Shown here one piece after another: positions 50,672-61,461 of a stretch of 64,000 bases of DNA (within the stretch, counting starts at the first letter, position 1; every line of letters starts with the position of its first letter). The stretch spans positions 11,222,001 to 11,286,000 of the forward strand of contig CM059446.1 of NCBI GenBank assembly GCA_030390025.1. The letters run 5' to 3'. The translations under genes were made by a program, and so were the position numbers. Source of the DNA: Squalus acanthias (taxonomy: Eukaryota). Below the pieces are notes generated by a model, which worked only from the letters and a program-made list of their open reading frames with translations, was not told the DNA's origin and ran no database searches.

Positions 50672-51120
50672 TCACTCGTGGCTCAGTAGTAGCACTCTCG
50701 CCTCTGAGTCCGATGACCGTGGGTTCAAGTCCCACTCCAGAGACTTGAGTGCACAATCCAGACCGACACTCCAGTGCAGTGCTGAGGGAGTGCTGCACTG
50801 TCGGAGGTGCCATCTTTCGGATGAGATGTTAAACCGAGGCCCCGTCTGCTCTCTCAGGTGGACGTAAGAGATTTCGCGGCACCATTTCGAAGAAGAGCAG
50901 GGGAGTTCTCCCCAGTGTCCTGACCAATATTTATCCCTCAACCAACATCCCTAAAAGCAGATTATCTGGTCATTATCACATTGCTGTTTGTGGGACCTTG
51001 CTGTGCCCAAATTGGCTGCCACGTTTCCGACATTACAACAGTGACTACATTCCAAAAGGACTTCATTGGCTGTAAAGCGCTTTGGAATGTCTTGAGGTCG
51101 TGGAAGGTGCTATAGAAATC
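50672..51120 (+). mobile_element. Full-length Deu-domain SINE
   Basis: TGGCTCAGTAG A-box, GGGTTCAAGTCCC B-box, Deu body. Confidence 0.9.
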
Positions 51121-51814
51121 AATCCATCAATCATTCCTCCCTCACTCCCTCCCTCCTTCCCTCCTTCCCTACCCCCCTTCCTCCCGTCCCTATTAGGAGA
51201 ACTACGTTCTTAGAAAGTAAATCAACAGCAGTGTTTCGTGGCATTTCTACCATTCTTGAGTAACGACATTGCCTTCGGTTCTCTTCAAAGAGGCAATCTG
51301 CTGTTCAGCAATGTTTAGTGAACAGCACAGGACTACTAAACATAACAAACTCAACAGCTGGGGATGATTTCTGTAAACCATCCCGATAAAAATCTATAAA
51401 TATTAAGCGTCAAAAAAAAAGTAAACAGGATATAATTTTGCAGGAGAAACCTTTTTCTGGATGTATAAAAGCTCTGCCAACGGAACGTGAAGACAATGGA
51501 ATGAGCTGCATTCTTCACGCGATCAATTTAAACCCTGAATTGACAACGCACTCCTGCTGCAGTGAGCTGTGATATTCCTCAGACAAAAGTGAACCATTTT
51601 CCAATAAAGATTCAAGAATGAGAGTTCCATTTGGCAGTGTGAGTGCTGCTGCAATTCTGTGGGAATCGCGATGCAAACACTGGTGTGACAAGAAAATGAT
51701 ACTGAGGTGCGTCTTTGCCCGGAATATATTGTGCAACAAAGTGACAACAGATGGGAACGAACATTAAAATGCCGGCAACGTTAAAAAGGGCAAAAGTGGC
51801 CGAGGTATTCATTG

Positions 51815-52100
51815 TCATTTAAAAAATTCTCATCCTTGTTTGCCGATCCCTCCATGGCCTCGCCCCTCCTTATCTCTGTCACTTCCTCCACCCCTACAAC
51901 CCTCCGAGATCTCTGCGCTCCTCCAATTTTAATCGCTCCACCATTGGCGGCCGTGCCTTCAGCTGCCGAGGCCCCAAGGCCTGTGATTCCCTCCCTAAGC
52001 CTCTCCGCCTCTCTTCCCTCCTTTAAGACGCTCCTTGTTCGCCCGTCCTAATATCTCCTTATGTGGCTACATAAATGCACGTTGTTGTTGTTGTTGTTGT
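51815..52100 (+). mobile_element. L2 3' fragment with internal deletions
   Basis: TCCCTCCATGGCCTCGCCCCTCC...GGCGGCCGTGCCTTCAGCTGCC...(TTG)n. Confidence 0.85.
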
Positions 52101-52636
52101 GTCCGGGCAAAAAAAGAGCTGCATTCACAGGAAGTGTGCGGAGGAAAAACCAGGCACTGACCGCCCACGATTTTCCATCCAAACTAGCTCCCCACAGGCA
52201 AAAGCGTTATGCCTTCAGGCTGAAGATGCAAAGCTAGGCCCTGGGAGTTGATTAGCGGCAACTGGTCCCGCCTCTGTAAATGGAAATTGAGTTTTTTGTC
52301 TGGTTGCGGTGTGGGTGAGTGAAGCTGGCAGTGAAAATCCCAGTGGTATTGTTGCATGGCTGACGACTGCTGTCTGTAATATCAGCGCTCCTACATTGCT
52401 GTACAAGATACGTATTATCAAGTGAATCCCCTAACGTGAGGAGTGCTGTCAAGCCATACTTCCATTGTGTGTGGCTGTCTGCAAGGAGCTCTCAGAAACA
52501 CACGGCTCCTTTTTTGGAAAGGAGCTGCACCAGCTCGAGTGGAAGGGTCCATTTGCAACATCCGTGTTATTACTGTAAGGTTGGAAGGCTGCATGGAGGC
52601 TCAGGTTCAGTTCAGTAACAGCATTTCACTCGATGT

Positions 52637-53085
52637 GAAGAAAGAAAGAACTTGCATTTCTATAGCGCCTTTCAAACCCTCAAGGGACATCCCAAAGCGA
52701 TTCACAGCCAATGAAATCCTTTTGAAGCGCAGTCACTGTTGTAATGTAGGGAAACGCAGCAGCCAATTTGCGCACAGCAAGCTCCCACAAACAGCAATGA
52801 CCGGATAATCTGTTTTTGTGATGTTGATTCAGGGATAAATATTGGCCCAGGACACCGGAGATAACTCCTCTGCTCTTTTTTAAATAGTGCCATGGGATCT
52901 TTTACGCAGACAGAGCCTCAGTTTAATGTATCATCCGAAGGATGGCGCCTCCAATGGCGCCGCACTCCCTCAGCGCTGCACTGGAGTGTCAGAGTCATTC
53001 ATGGGCTCAAGTCCTGGAGTGGGGCTTGAACCCATGACCTTCTGACTCAGAGGTGAGAGAGCCACCCATTGAGCCAAGGCCAACA
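52637..53085 (-). mobile_element. Deu-domain SINE
   Basis: Reverse complement of the consensus, with B-box at about 53021. Confidence 0.85.
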
Positions 53086-53933
53086 TCAAAGCCACAGAGT
53101 TACATCAGACTTGGCTTTCAGCAGCTGACGGTCTTTACCTCTCTCCTCACAGCCAAATCAGCCAATGAAATAATGCATCTGATTCCTATCTGTGTAAATT
53201 GCATTACTGCTTTTCCAGATCAGGGCATTTTGGGATAGTCACTCACATTGGAATGCTTTTCACTGAGGAAAGCACTTGCCTTATCTTGTCTCTTGGAAGT
53301 TGCAAAGTGCAACACATTCAACGAATTGCTTTTGAGGGAGAGTCACGGTCGTTATGTCGGTAAGTGTGGCAGCCATTTTGTACACAACGACTCTGCCAGG
53401 TGTACGAACCCACAGGAAGATGTGAGATTTCCCGTCCGCCCCCCCCACCCCCCGCCCGGTCACCCCAGTAGCTTATTGCGGAAATGTGCAACCTGACAGG
53501 GCGCTGAGTCCCAGAGACCACGAATGACCCAGCTTACAACCCTGGTCCGTGTTGAGTCAGCCGATGTCAGCTGCAGTGGCAATGAGGGGGCCTTAGTACC
53601 ACTAGTCTGGGGAGGGGGAGAAAAAATAACTAATTATGCTATGTTGAAAAGTATGTGATTGGATCTTTATACTCAGTACATGTCAACTGAGGACTGAGTT
53701 AGGCCTGTCTGTGATGCTCCACACAGTAGAATAGCACACTTATGGTCACGGTTGAAGTTCACGTCTAAAAAAGTTGCTATTCATGTAATGCACAGCCCCT
53801 GTAATACCATATCCACAGTGTCAATATCTGCAGGAGAAAACTGAAAGAAATTAAACACATAAAACCCACTTAACAGGTTCACGCGCAAGTTGAGTTGACT
53901 GTACATATTAATGACCCATCAGAAGGTTCTGAG

Positions 53934-54258
53934 TAACAACAGAAAACGCTGGAAAAACTCAGCAGGCCAGGCAACATCCGTGGAGAGAGAAACAGAGTTA
54001 ACGTTTCAGGTCGAAGACCCTTCGTCAGAACTGTTGAAGAGCCAAACGGAGATCCCGTCGAAGAGAAGAGCAGAACTTCTTCAGGGTGGGCATACCTAGA
54101 AGAGAAGTGGCAGTGAACCAAACACTAATACAATAGCAAAATACTGCGGATGCTGGAAATCTGAAATAGCAACAGAAAACGCTGGAAAAACTCAGCAGGC
54201 CAGGCAACATCCGTGGAGAGAGAAACAGAGTTAATGTTTCAGGTCGAAGACCCTTCGT
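53934..54258 (-). mobile_element. Penelope family A partial tandem: pLTR end, ORF-start region, pLTR end
   Basis: Direct repeat 53934-54024 / 54168-54258 around a roughly 100-bp segment reading ATG CCC ACC CTG AAG AAG (MPTLKKFCSSLRRDLRLALQ) on the minus strand. Confidence 0.75.
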
Positions 54259-54287
54259 GTCTGCCAGACTTCAGACACTACACTTCC

Positions 54288-54712
54288 ACAACTTGCATTT
54301 ATATAGCGTCTTTAATGGAGTAAAATGTCCCAAGGCGTTTGACAGGAGCGTCATCAAACACAATCTGACATCGAGCCACATAAGGAGATATTAGGACAGG
54401 TGAGAAAAATCATTGTCAAAGAGGTAGGTTTTAAGGAGTGTTTTAAGGGAAGACAGAGGTGGAGGGGTTTAGGGAGGGAATTCTAGAGCTTGGGGCCTCG
54501 GCAGCTGAAAGCACGGCCGACAATGGTTGAGCGATTAAAATCGGGGATGCGCAAGAGGCCAGGATTGGAGGAGCGCAGAGATCTCGGAGGGTTGTAGGGC
54601 TGGAACTGGTTACAGAGATAGGGAGGGGGGCGAGGCCATGGGGGGATTTGAAAACAAGGATGAGAATTTTGAAATCGAGGCGTTGCTTAACCGGGAGCCA
54701 GTGTAGGTCAAC
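54288..54712 (-). mobile_element. L2 LINE 3' fragment
   Basis: DLHWLPVKQRLDFKILILVFKS.HGLAP. Confidence 0.9.
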
Positions 54713-56283
54713 GAGTGTTAATAGTATAAATGCAGTCACTTTTGCTCTTTTTGGATTCTGGAAATTTACAAGCACCTCCCAAGTTGCAAACCTCCCTAAC
54801 CAAGCAGCAATTAAACTCTGGTTGACCGCCTTACAGTGAGCAGTGGCACAGGAGATCCAGTGATGTGCTTTAAGCAGCGTGAGGCAGCTCGGCCATCACT
54901 TGTGGAACACTGAAGGTGTATTTAGTGGGAACGGCTGCTCCTGTCAGCTCATTAACGAATGCAGTGAAGAAACTGTTGCATTTTAAAGCACACCTGCTCA
55001 AGCCACTTACACAATATAGGAATCCAGCTCTGCATCTGAAAAACTCTTGATTGCATAATTATATTTGGCAAATTATAGGATGGCAATCAGCAGGTTTCAC
55101 CTGAGTAATTTTTAGACAATTGCCCTCGCTGGGAGACTTCTTCCCACCAAAATGCTGTTCATTTCAACTCAGTCATTTTTGCTTTTTGCCAAGGGCCACA
55201 GATTAAATCTTACCTTAACAATATCGTTATTAAGTTGGCAATTACACCCAAATTTGACTAACAGAAAGACAAACGGAACAGGTGCTGTAAGAGAAAAAAA
55301 ATAATAGTTCTATGTGCATTAGCGCTCTGCAGCACCGGCTCCGCATGAAGCTTCAAATAAGAGGCAGTCATAAATCTGGAACCCCCTCATCCGTTAAATT
55401 GCAACGGATAGAATATGGTGCAGCAGTCATGGCCGATAGTGAGTGCTCCCTGCCTCTGTGCACAGACTCCTCCTCCGACACCCAATGCCAAATGTTTCCT
55501 GAGTTTTAATTAAATCTTGCTGTTGACATTTTGTTATCTGCTGTTTGTGGTTGCTTTGTATTTAGCCTGTGGTGATTGTGTAAACCCAGCCCCACTGACA
55601 CGGCGCTGAATGTAATCTGCAAGCACGTAATTAAAAAATACAAGGGGATAATGAAAAATCTATATAAACAGGCTATTTATTACATTGTTCTCAAAGAATA
55701 GAGTTATGCGCCGTGAGAAGTCGTAAATGACCACTCTGTTCTTTTTAATAAGATGATATTGCAATTTGAAGAATGAAGCTCACTCTCATTACTCGCAGTA
55801 ATTATTGTAGCTTTGAAGTGTTATAATTATATAAAGCAGAAACCCAAGTCTTCATTCTGTGAAAATAAAGATGGAACGGCTGCATTGGCATGTTTGGGAG
55901 GGGGCTCCCTTTCAGTTCCTGGCACGGCGTTTGACAAAACTCCACCTCGATGTTTCCTGGAGAATTGTTTGGGTTGCATTCGATGCTACGTTTGATTCAT
56001 TTCCTCGGGCTTCCCCTCCCCCAACTTAGTCTGAATTCCCCTGGCTGCTGGGACACTGTACCAACTACACCACTGCAAACACATGTCTGCGGAGAGCATA
56101 TCTTTCCTTGTGATCACTCGAGTTCGAGCAACTGGAGGCACTTCCTGCATACAGGGTTGTCCAGGACACATGAAGCGTCCTGGAGTTCCCACATAGCACA
56201 GGAATTGCAGGCAACGGGTCTCTCTCTGACCAGCCCCCCTCAACAAAAAAAATTGCTTTAGATCGAATTAATTATATATTTAC

Positions 56284-56496
56284 GATAGCAAAATACTGCG
56301 GATGCTGGAAAATTGAAACAACAACAGAAAACGCTGGAAAAACTCAGCAGGCCAGGCAACATCCGTGGAGAGAGAAACAGAGTTAACGTTTCAGGTCGAA
56401 GACCCTGGTCTTCGACCTGAAACGTTAACTCTGTTTCTCTCTCCACGGATGTTGCCTGGCCTGCTTAGTTTTTCCAGCATTTTCTGTTGTTGTTTG
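56284..56496 (-). mobile_element. Penelope family A hairpin insertion
   Basis: 89-bp arms 56316-56404 and 56407-56495 with a 2-nt loop; 14-bp TSD AATTATATATTTAC (56270-56283, 56497-56510). Confidence 0.92.
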
Positions 56497-56510
56497 AATT
56501 ATATATTTAC

Positions 56511-57240
56511 TGAGCTTGTGGAGTGACTGGAGTCACTGCAGGGCGTATGGGAGGCTGAGAATTTCCTGGAGTGCATGTTCCAGGAGGTGGTCACCCCGCA
56601 GCTACAGAGAGTTCAGGAGGATAGTACGTGGGTGGCCAGCTGGCAAGGTAGGAAGAGGCAGGCTTGATCGGCACCCCATCCACCACCTTAAACATTCATT
56701 CCCTCCACCACCGGCGCACCGTGGCTGCAGTGTGTACCATCTACAAGATGCACTGCAGCAACTCGCCCAGGCTTCTTCGGCAGCACCTCCCAAACCCGCG
56801 ACCTCCACCACCTAGAAGGACAAGGGCAGCAGACGCATGGGAACATCATCACCTCCAAGTTCCCCTCCAAGTCACACACCATCCTGACTTAGAAATATAT
56901 CACCGTTCCCTCATCGTCGCTGGGTCAAAATCCTGGAACTCCCTCCCTAACAGCACTGTGGGAGTACCTTCACCACACGGACTGCAGCGGTTCAAGAAGG
57001 CGGCTCACCACCACCTTCTCAAGGGCAATTGGGGATGGGCAATAAATGCTGGCCTTGCCAGCGATGCCAACATCCCATAAACGAATTTGAAAAAAGGCAG
57101 TGCAAGAACCCTCCGGGAGTGTGGCGCTCGCAAACCGATTTTCAGCACTGAATACCAGTGAGGGCGCTGACACCTTGGGGGAGTGCAGTCTAGAGCTCCT
57201 TCACGGCACTGTGGGGCAAATGATGGCACAGGAGTGCACA
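56511..57240 (+). mobile_element. Decayed CR1 ORF1-like fragment, interrupted
   Basis: Reads LESLQGVWEAENFLECMFQEVVTPQLQRVQEDSTWV..GRKRQ | AVQEPSGSVALANRFSALNTSEG, reminiscent of vertebrate CR1 ORF1 upstream of the esterase domain. Confidence 0.5.
56662..57094 (+). mobile_element. CR1-group (Zenon-like) non-LTR element 3' end
   Basis: IHSLHHRRTVAAVCTIYKMH...SWNSLP...LQRFKKA; A-rich tail; AGGCAG duplicated at 56656-56661 and 57095-57100; second copy at 60902-61274. Confidence 0.7.
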
Positions 57241-57744
57241 GCAGTATTTTCCTTGTGATCGCACTTTCGGCCGTCACGTGTAGCAGTCCCCGATTGCTGG
57301 AGCAGGCTGGGTGACCTATTCCCATGCTGCTCTGTAACTTCCCATGAGGAGTGGCTCACCTGTGCTTGTGCCCTTTCTCTCCAGCCACCCAGCGATTCTG
57401 TGTCCTAACGGTCCTTAGAAACTGTTTGTGAATCTACACCAGAAAACAAACATCATAACAGTGGAACTCCTGAAAGCTAAGGTAGTGTAAAAAAGGTAGT
57501 GGACAAATATAACAAAATATCATTACTTGGATTGCAAAACTGCCTCATGGATACAATAGCCTAGAAATTTGGTCGCATTGCGCCCGTCTTTTTAGGCGCT
57601 AAATGGCCGCCGAACCTTCCAATATGGCAGGCAGGAAGCGCACGCTCACTACGAGCTGGCAGTGCGCCACCCGCCATATTGGCGTATGTAGATGCATTGG
57701 CGTTAGGAGCACCTGTCCGGACTATGCCAACAGCACAATATGTG

Positions 57745-57950
57745 TAGAAGGTCAGCAGAAATTGACAGAGATACTTAACGAGCACTTCGCTTCAGTGTTT
57801 ACAAAAGAGAAGGGTAATGGGGAGGAGGTTAAAATTCTGAATTGGTGAAAGCGGGATGAGAGCTATTATAATAAATAAAAGGAAAGTATTCGGGAAATGA
57901 GTTAAGCCGAAGGAGAACAAAGTGCCGGGACCTGATGGGATACATCCGTG
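57745..57950 (+). mobile_element. Old CR1 ORF2 internal fragment
   Basis: EILNEHFASVFTKE ... KVPGPDGIHP. Confidence 0.7.
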
Positions 57951-58123
57951 GATCTGCGAGTGAAGAGAGAATGCCCCTGGTTGATCCGCCCCCTAAAGTT
58001 ACGGGTCATCAGAGTTCGTCCCAGGAAAGTTCCTTGACGTTATTTCATGTTTTGAGCATAACCAAGAAAAGATTAAACATAAAAGCAATCTTTTTGTTTA
58101 AACGTATGATCTATGAGATAAAG

Positions 58124-58331
58124 TCCATGATGTGGAGATGCCGGTGTTGGACTGGGGTGGACAAAAGTGAGAAGTCGCACAACACCAGGTTATAGTCCAA
58201 CAGCTTTATTTGAAATCACAAGCTTTCGGAGCGCTGCTCCTTCGTCAGGCCTGACGAAGGAGCAGCGCTCCGAAAGCTTGTGATTTCAAATAAAGCTGTT
58301 GGACTATAACCTGGTGTTGTGCGACTTCTCA
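58124..58331 (-). mobile_element. Penelope family B perfect-palindrome insertion
   Basis: 168-bp spacer-less palindrome 58166-58333 centred on TCAGG|CCTGA; 13-bp TSD CTATGAGATAAAG (58111-58123, 58332-58344). Confidence 0.93.
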
Positions 58332-59124
58332 CTATGAGATAAAGACAGCAAACTGAAAGACACAGTTGCGACAGTATGGTCACTTCAGGAGGTACTGCGG
58401 ATCAATCTTTGAGCAAAACTCGGAAGAAGACAGGTCAAATGGCTTCAACCTTGCGCTTGAAAATCTAAGAGGAGCTCATATAATCTGATACCAGCAGGTC
58501 TGGTTCAGCTGGACATAGGAAGAAGGTTCTTTTTTGGTTTAAGAGAGGACTAGAACAATCAAATACAGTGCGTTATCACTACAGGCATTACGCGCTGAAT
58601 AGATTTGTTTTGTAACCGAGGACTACATTACTAGGGGCAAAATAAATCATGTGTAGAAGATTACATTAGTATGTGGAAAGGCTGATTAATATTATCAATA
58701 AATGTGCATCAGTTATGCTGTTGAATCTGAATAAAAGATGATATTCAATAACGAGCATTAAGATTTGGCCATTTCATAGATATTACAAGGACACCAGAAA
58801 TTATGAATGTGTTTATTTCCTTCTAAGATTTGAGATTTCAAACACCACAGTTTTCCTTGTAGTTGTCCTCCATTTTGGGAATGGCTGGGATTTTTCCAGG
58901 ATGGCAGGATCAACCTCTGAGAAAACGAGAGTCGGATGAATGAATATGAAATTTGGGCCTGCAGACCCTAATCTCCAAAAGATCCTAACATTGAAGACAA
59001 GGACAATGTGAGTGGTCAAGAAGGTTCTCACATGGTCCAACAGGTAGTCCTAAATCAGGCTAACTTGGGGGCAGCGTTGGTGCTAATGCCAGCTGGAGCA
59101 GACTGCCATTTCAGGAGGAAGGGT

Positions 59125-59912
59125 CTTGCATTTATGTAGCAGCTTGCCATGCATCTCAAAGCACTTTAAAACCAACAGATTACTTTTGATGTGCAGTTAC
59201 TGTAGTTTCGTAGGAAAACACAGCAGTCAATTTGCACACTGCAAGGTCCCACAAACAGCAAATAGAAACATAGAAACATAGAAAAATAGGAGCAGGAGTA
59301 GGCCATTCGGCCCTTCGAGCCTGCTCCGCCATTCTATATGATCATGGCTGATCCTCTATCTCAATACCATATTCCCGCTCTCCCCCATACCCCTTGACAC
59401 CTTTTGTGTCTAGAAATCTATCTATCTCCTTCTTAAATATATTCAGTGACTTGGCCTTCACAGCCTTCTGTGGTAGAGAATTCCACAGGTTCACCACTTC
59501 ACTCATCTCAGTCCTAAATGTCCTACCCCGTATCCTGAGACTGTGACCCATCGTTCTGGACCCCCCCAGCCAGGGGAAACATCCTCCCTGCATCCAGTCT
59601 GTCTAGCCCTGTCAGAATTTGATATGTTTCAATGAGGTCCCCTCTCATTCTTCTAAACTCCAGTGAATACAGGCCTAGTCGACCCAATCTCTCCTCATAC
59701 GACAGTCCTGCCATCCCAGGAATCAGTCTGGTGAACCTTCGCTGCACTCCCTCTAAATGAGGTGAATGATCAGTTGATTAGTTGGTTGAGGGATAAATGT
59801 TGGCCACAACAGCAGGTAAATTCCACTGCTCTTCTTTGAATAGTCCATGGGGTCTTTTTCCTCCACCTGAACAGGTAGATGGGGCCTCAGTTTAATATCT
59901 CATCCAAAAGAT
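59125..59912 (-). mobile_element. Diverged Deu SINE interrupted by a CR1 3' end (about 59262-59754, minus)
   Basis: CCCACAAACAGCAAAT | CR1 QRRFTRLIPGMAGLSYEERLGRLGLYSLE | AAATGAGG..GTTGAGGGATAAAT. Confidence 0.85.
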
Positions 59913-60028
59913 GTTCTCACGATAGTGTTATAGTCACCATAGTATTATACCATAGTATTATATTCACTATAATGCTATGTTCACTAAATTGTTATATTCA
60001 CTATGGTAGTGTACTCACTATAACGTTG

Positions 60029-60242
60029 AGTCGCACAACACCAGGTTATAGTCCAACAGTTTTATTTGAAATCACGAGCTTTCGGAACGGCTGCTCCTTC
60101 GTCCTTCGCCACTTCACCTGACGAAGGAGCAGCGCTCCGAAAGCTTGTGATTTCAAATAAAACTGTTGGACTATAACCTGGTGTTGTGCGACTTCTCACT
60201 TTTGTCCACCCCAGTCCAACACCGGCATCTCCACATCATGGC
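60029..60242 (+). mobile_element. Penelope family B fold-back insertion
   Basis: Inverted arms around a short spacer; TSD CACTATAACGTTG (60016-60028, 60243-60255). Confidence 0.9.
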
Positions 60243-60706
60243 CACTATAACGTTGTAATCACTGTAGCGCTCTTGAATATTCCACACATCAGGTTAAATT
60301 CCCCAATTTCAAGGTCCCCGCGGGGAGCTGCTCCCGACGAGAGTGCAGGTTAGAGAATCAACGTTTTAGCTCTGTCTCTGGCTTGCACTCCCCTTGCCAA
60401 GGCTCCCTGCTGGGAGTGTGAGATTGATGAATTGTTTACAGCTAATAGATCATCTCCAGCTCTGGCCGCTGGTGTGGTGCTGCAGAAACTGCCCTGTTTA
60501 TATTGCAGGATGGCTTCTACAGTAGCAGGTTCCACGTTACGGGCACGTATTCATACACACATTTAGTCTAAAGCTGTAGCTATCTTTGGCCAGCTTCAAA
60601 GCCAAGCTTGCGCATTAGCTGATATCCACACACCGGCACCTTCCAGCAGGGGTCACTGGATAGCAACGAGGAAGAGGATTCCTGGATGGTTGTTCTCCTC
60701 CTTGAC

Positions 60707-61461
60707 GAGGGTTGCCAACCCTCCAGGATTGCCCTGGAGTCTCCAGGAGTTGAAGATTAACCTCCAGGACACTGCCACGAGCAACCGGGAGAAAAATCAA
60801 TGGACCATGAAAAAAAATTGTGGTTTAAAATTTTTTTTCTTTGAACACTTTTGTTTATTAGTTCTAAAAATATTGGACATTGGGAGAAAAGGCTGTTTGA
60901 CTGGCAGTGTGTACCATCTACAAGATACACTGCAGCAACTTGCCAAGGCTTCTTTGACAGCACCTCTTAAACCCACGACCTCTTCCACCGAGAAGGACAC
61001 GGGCAGTAGGTGCATGGGAACACCACCACCTCCAAGTTACCCTCCAAGTCACACACCATCCTGACTTGGAAATATATCGGCCGATCCTTCATCGTCGCTG
61101 GTTCAAAATCCTGGAACTCCCTCCCTAACAGCACTGTGGGAGCACCTTCACCACACGGGACTGCAGCAGTTCAAGAAGGCGGCTCACCACCACCTTCTGA
61201 AGGGCAATTAGGGATGGGCAATAAATGCCGGTCTTGCCGGCGACGCCCACATCCCAGGAATGAATAAAAAAAAGTCAAGAGTTATTTAATCGGGTAATGA
61301 ATAATCTATTCGCTTTCCGATTGGCGTGGGAAGGAGGTGCACCGCAAGTTTGGGCGTGTTGGATGATCAATGGCAGGAGTGTGGTGGCGGGACGGTTGGA
61401 GTCAGGTAACCGTGTGATGAAATCTCCAGGAATATGTCCAACCAGAGTTGGGAACACCCTA
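60707..61461. mobile_element. hAT (Blackjack-like) MITE containing a LINE 3' end (60902-61274)
   Basis: Termini GAGGGTTGCCAAC ... GTTGGGAACACCCTA; exact 8-bp TSD TCCTTGAC (60699-60706, 61462-61469). Confidence 0.8.

Noticed and set aside
56316-58333. Palindromes as DNA-transposon MITEs or pre-miRNAs
   Set aside because: The arms are Penelope pLTR sequence linked to GIY-YIG coding remnants elsewhere in the window, TSD lengths vary, and I recognised no known miRNA.
58850-59050. Possible exon (TTTTCCTTGTAG acceptor, GTGAGT or CAGGTAG donor)
   Set aside because: All three frames hit stop codons within about 80 nt; a non-coding exon cannot be supported without transcript data.
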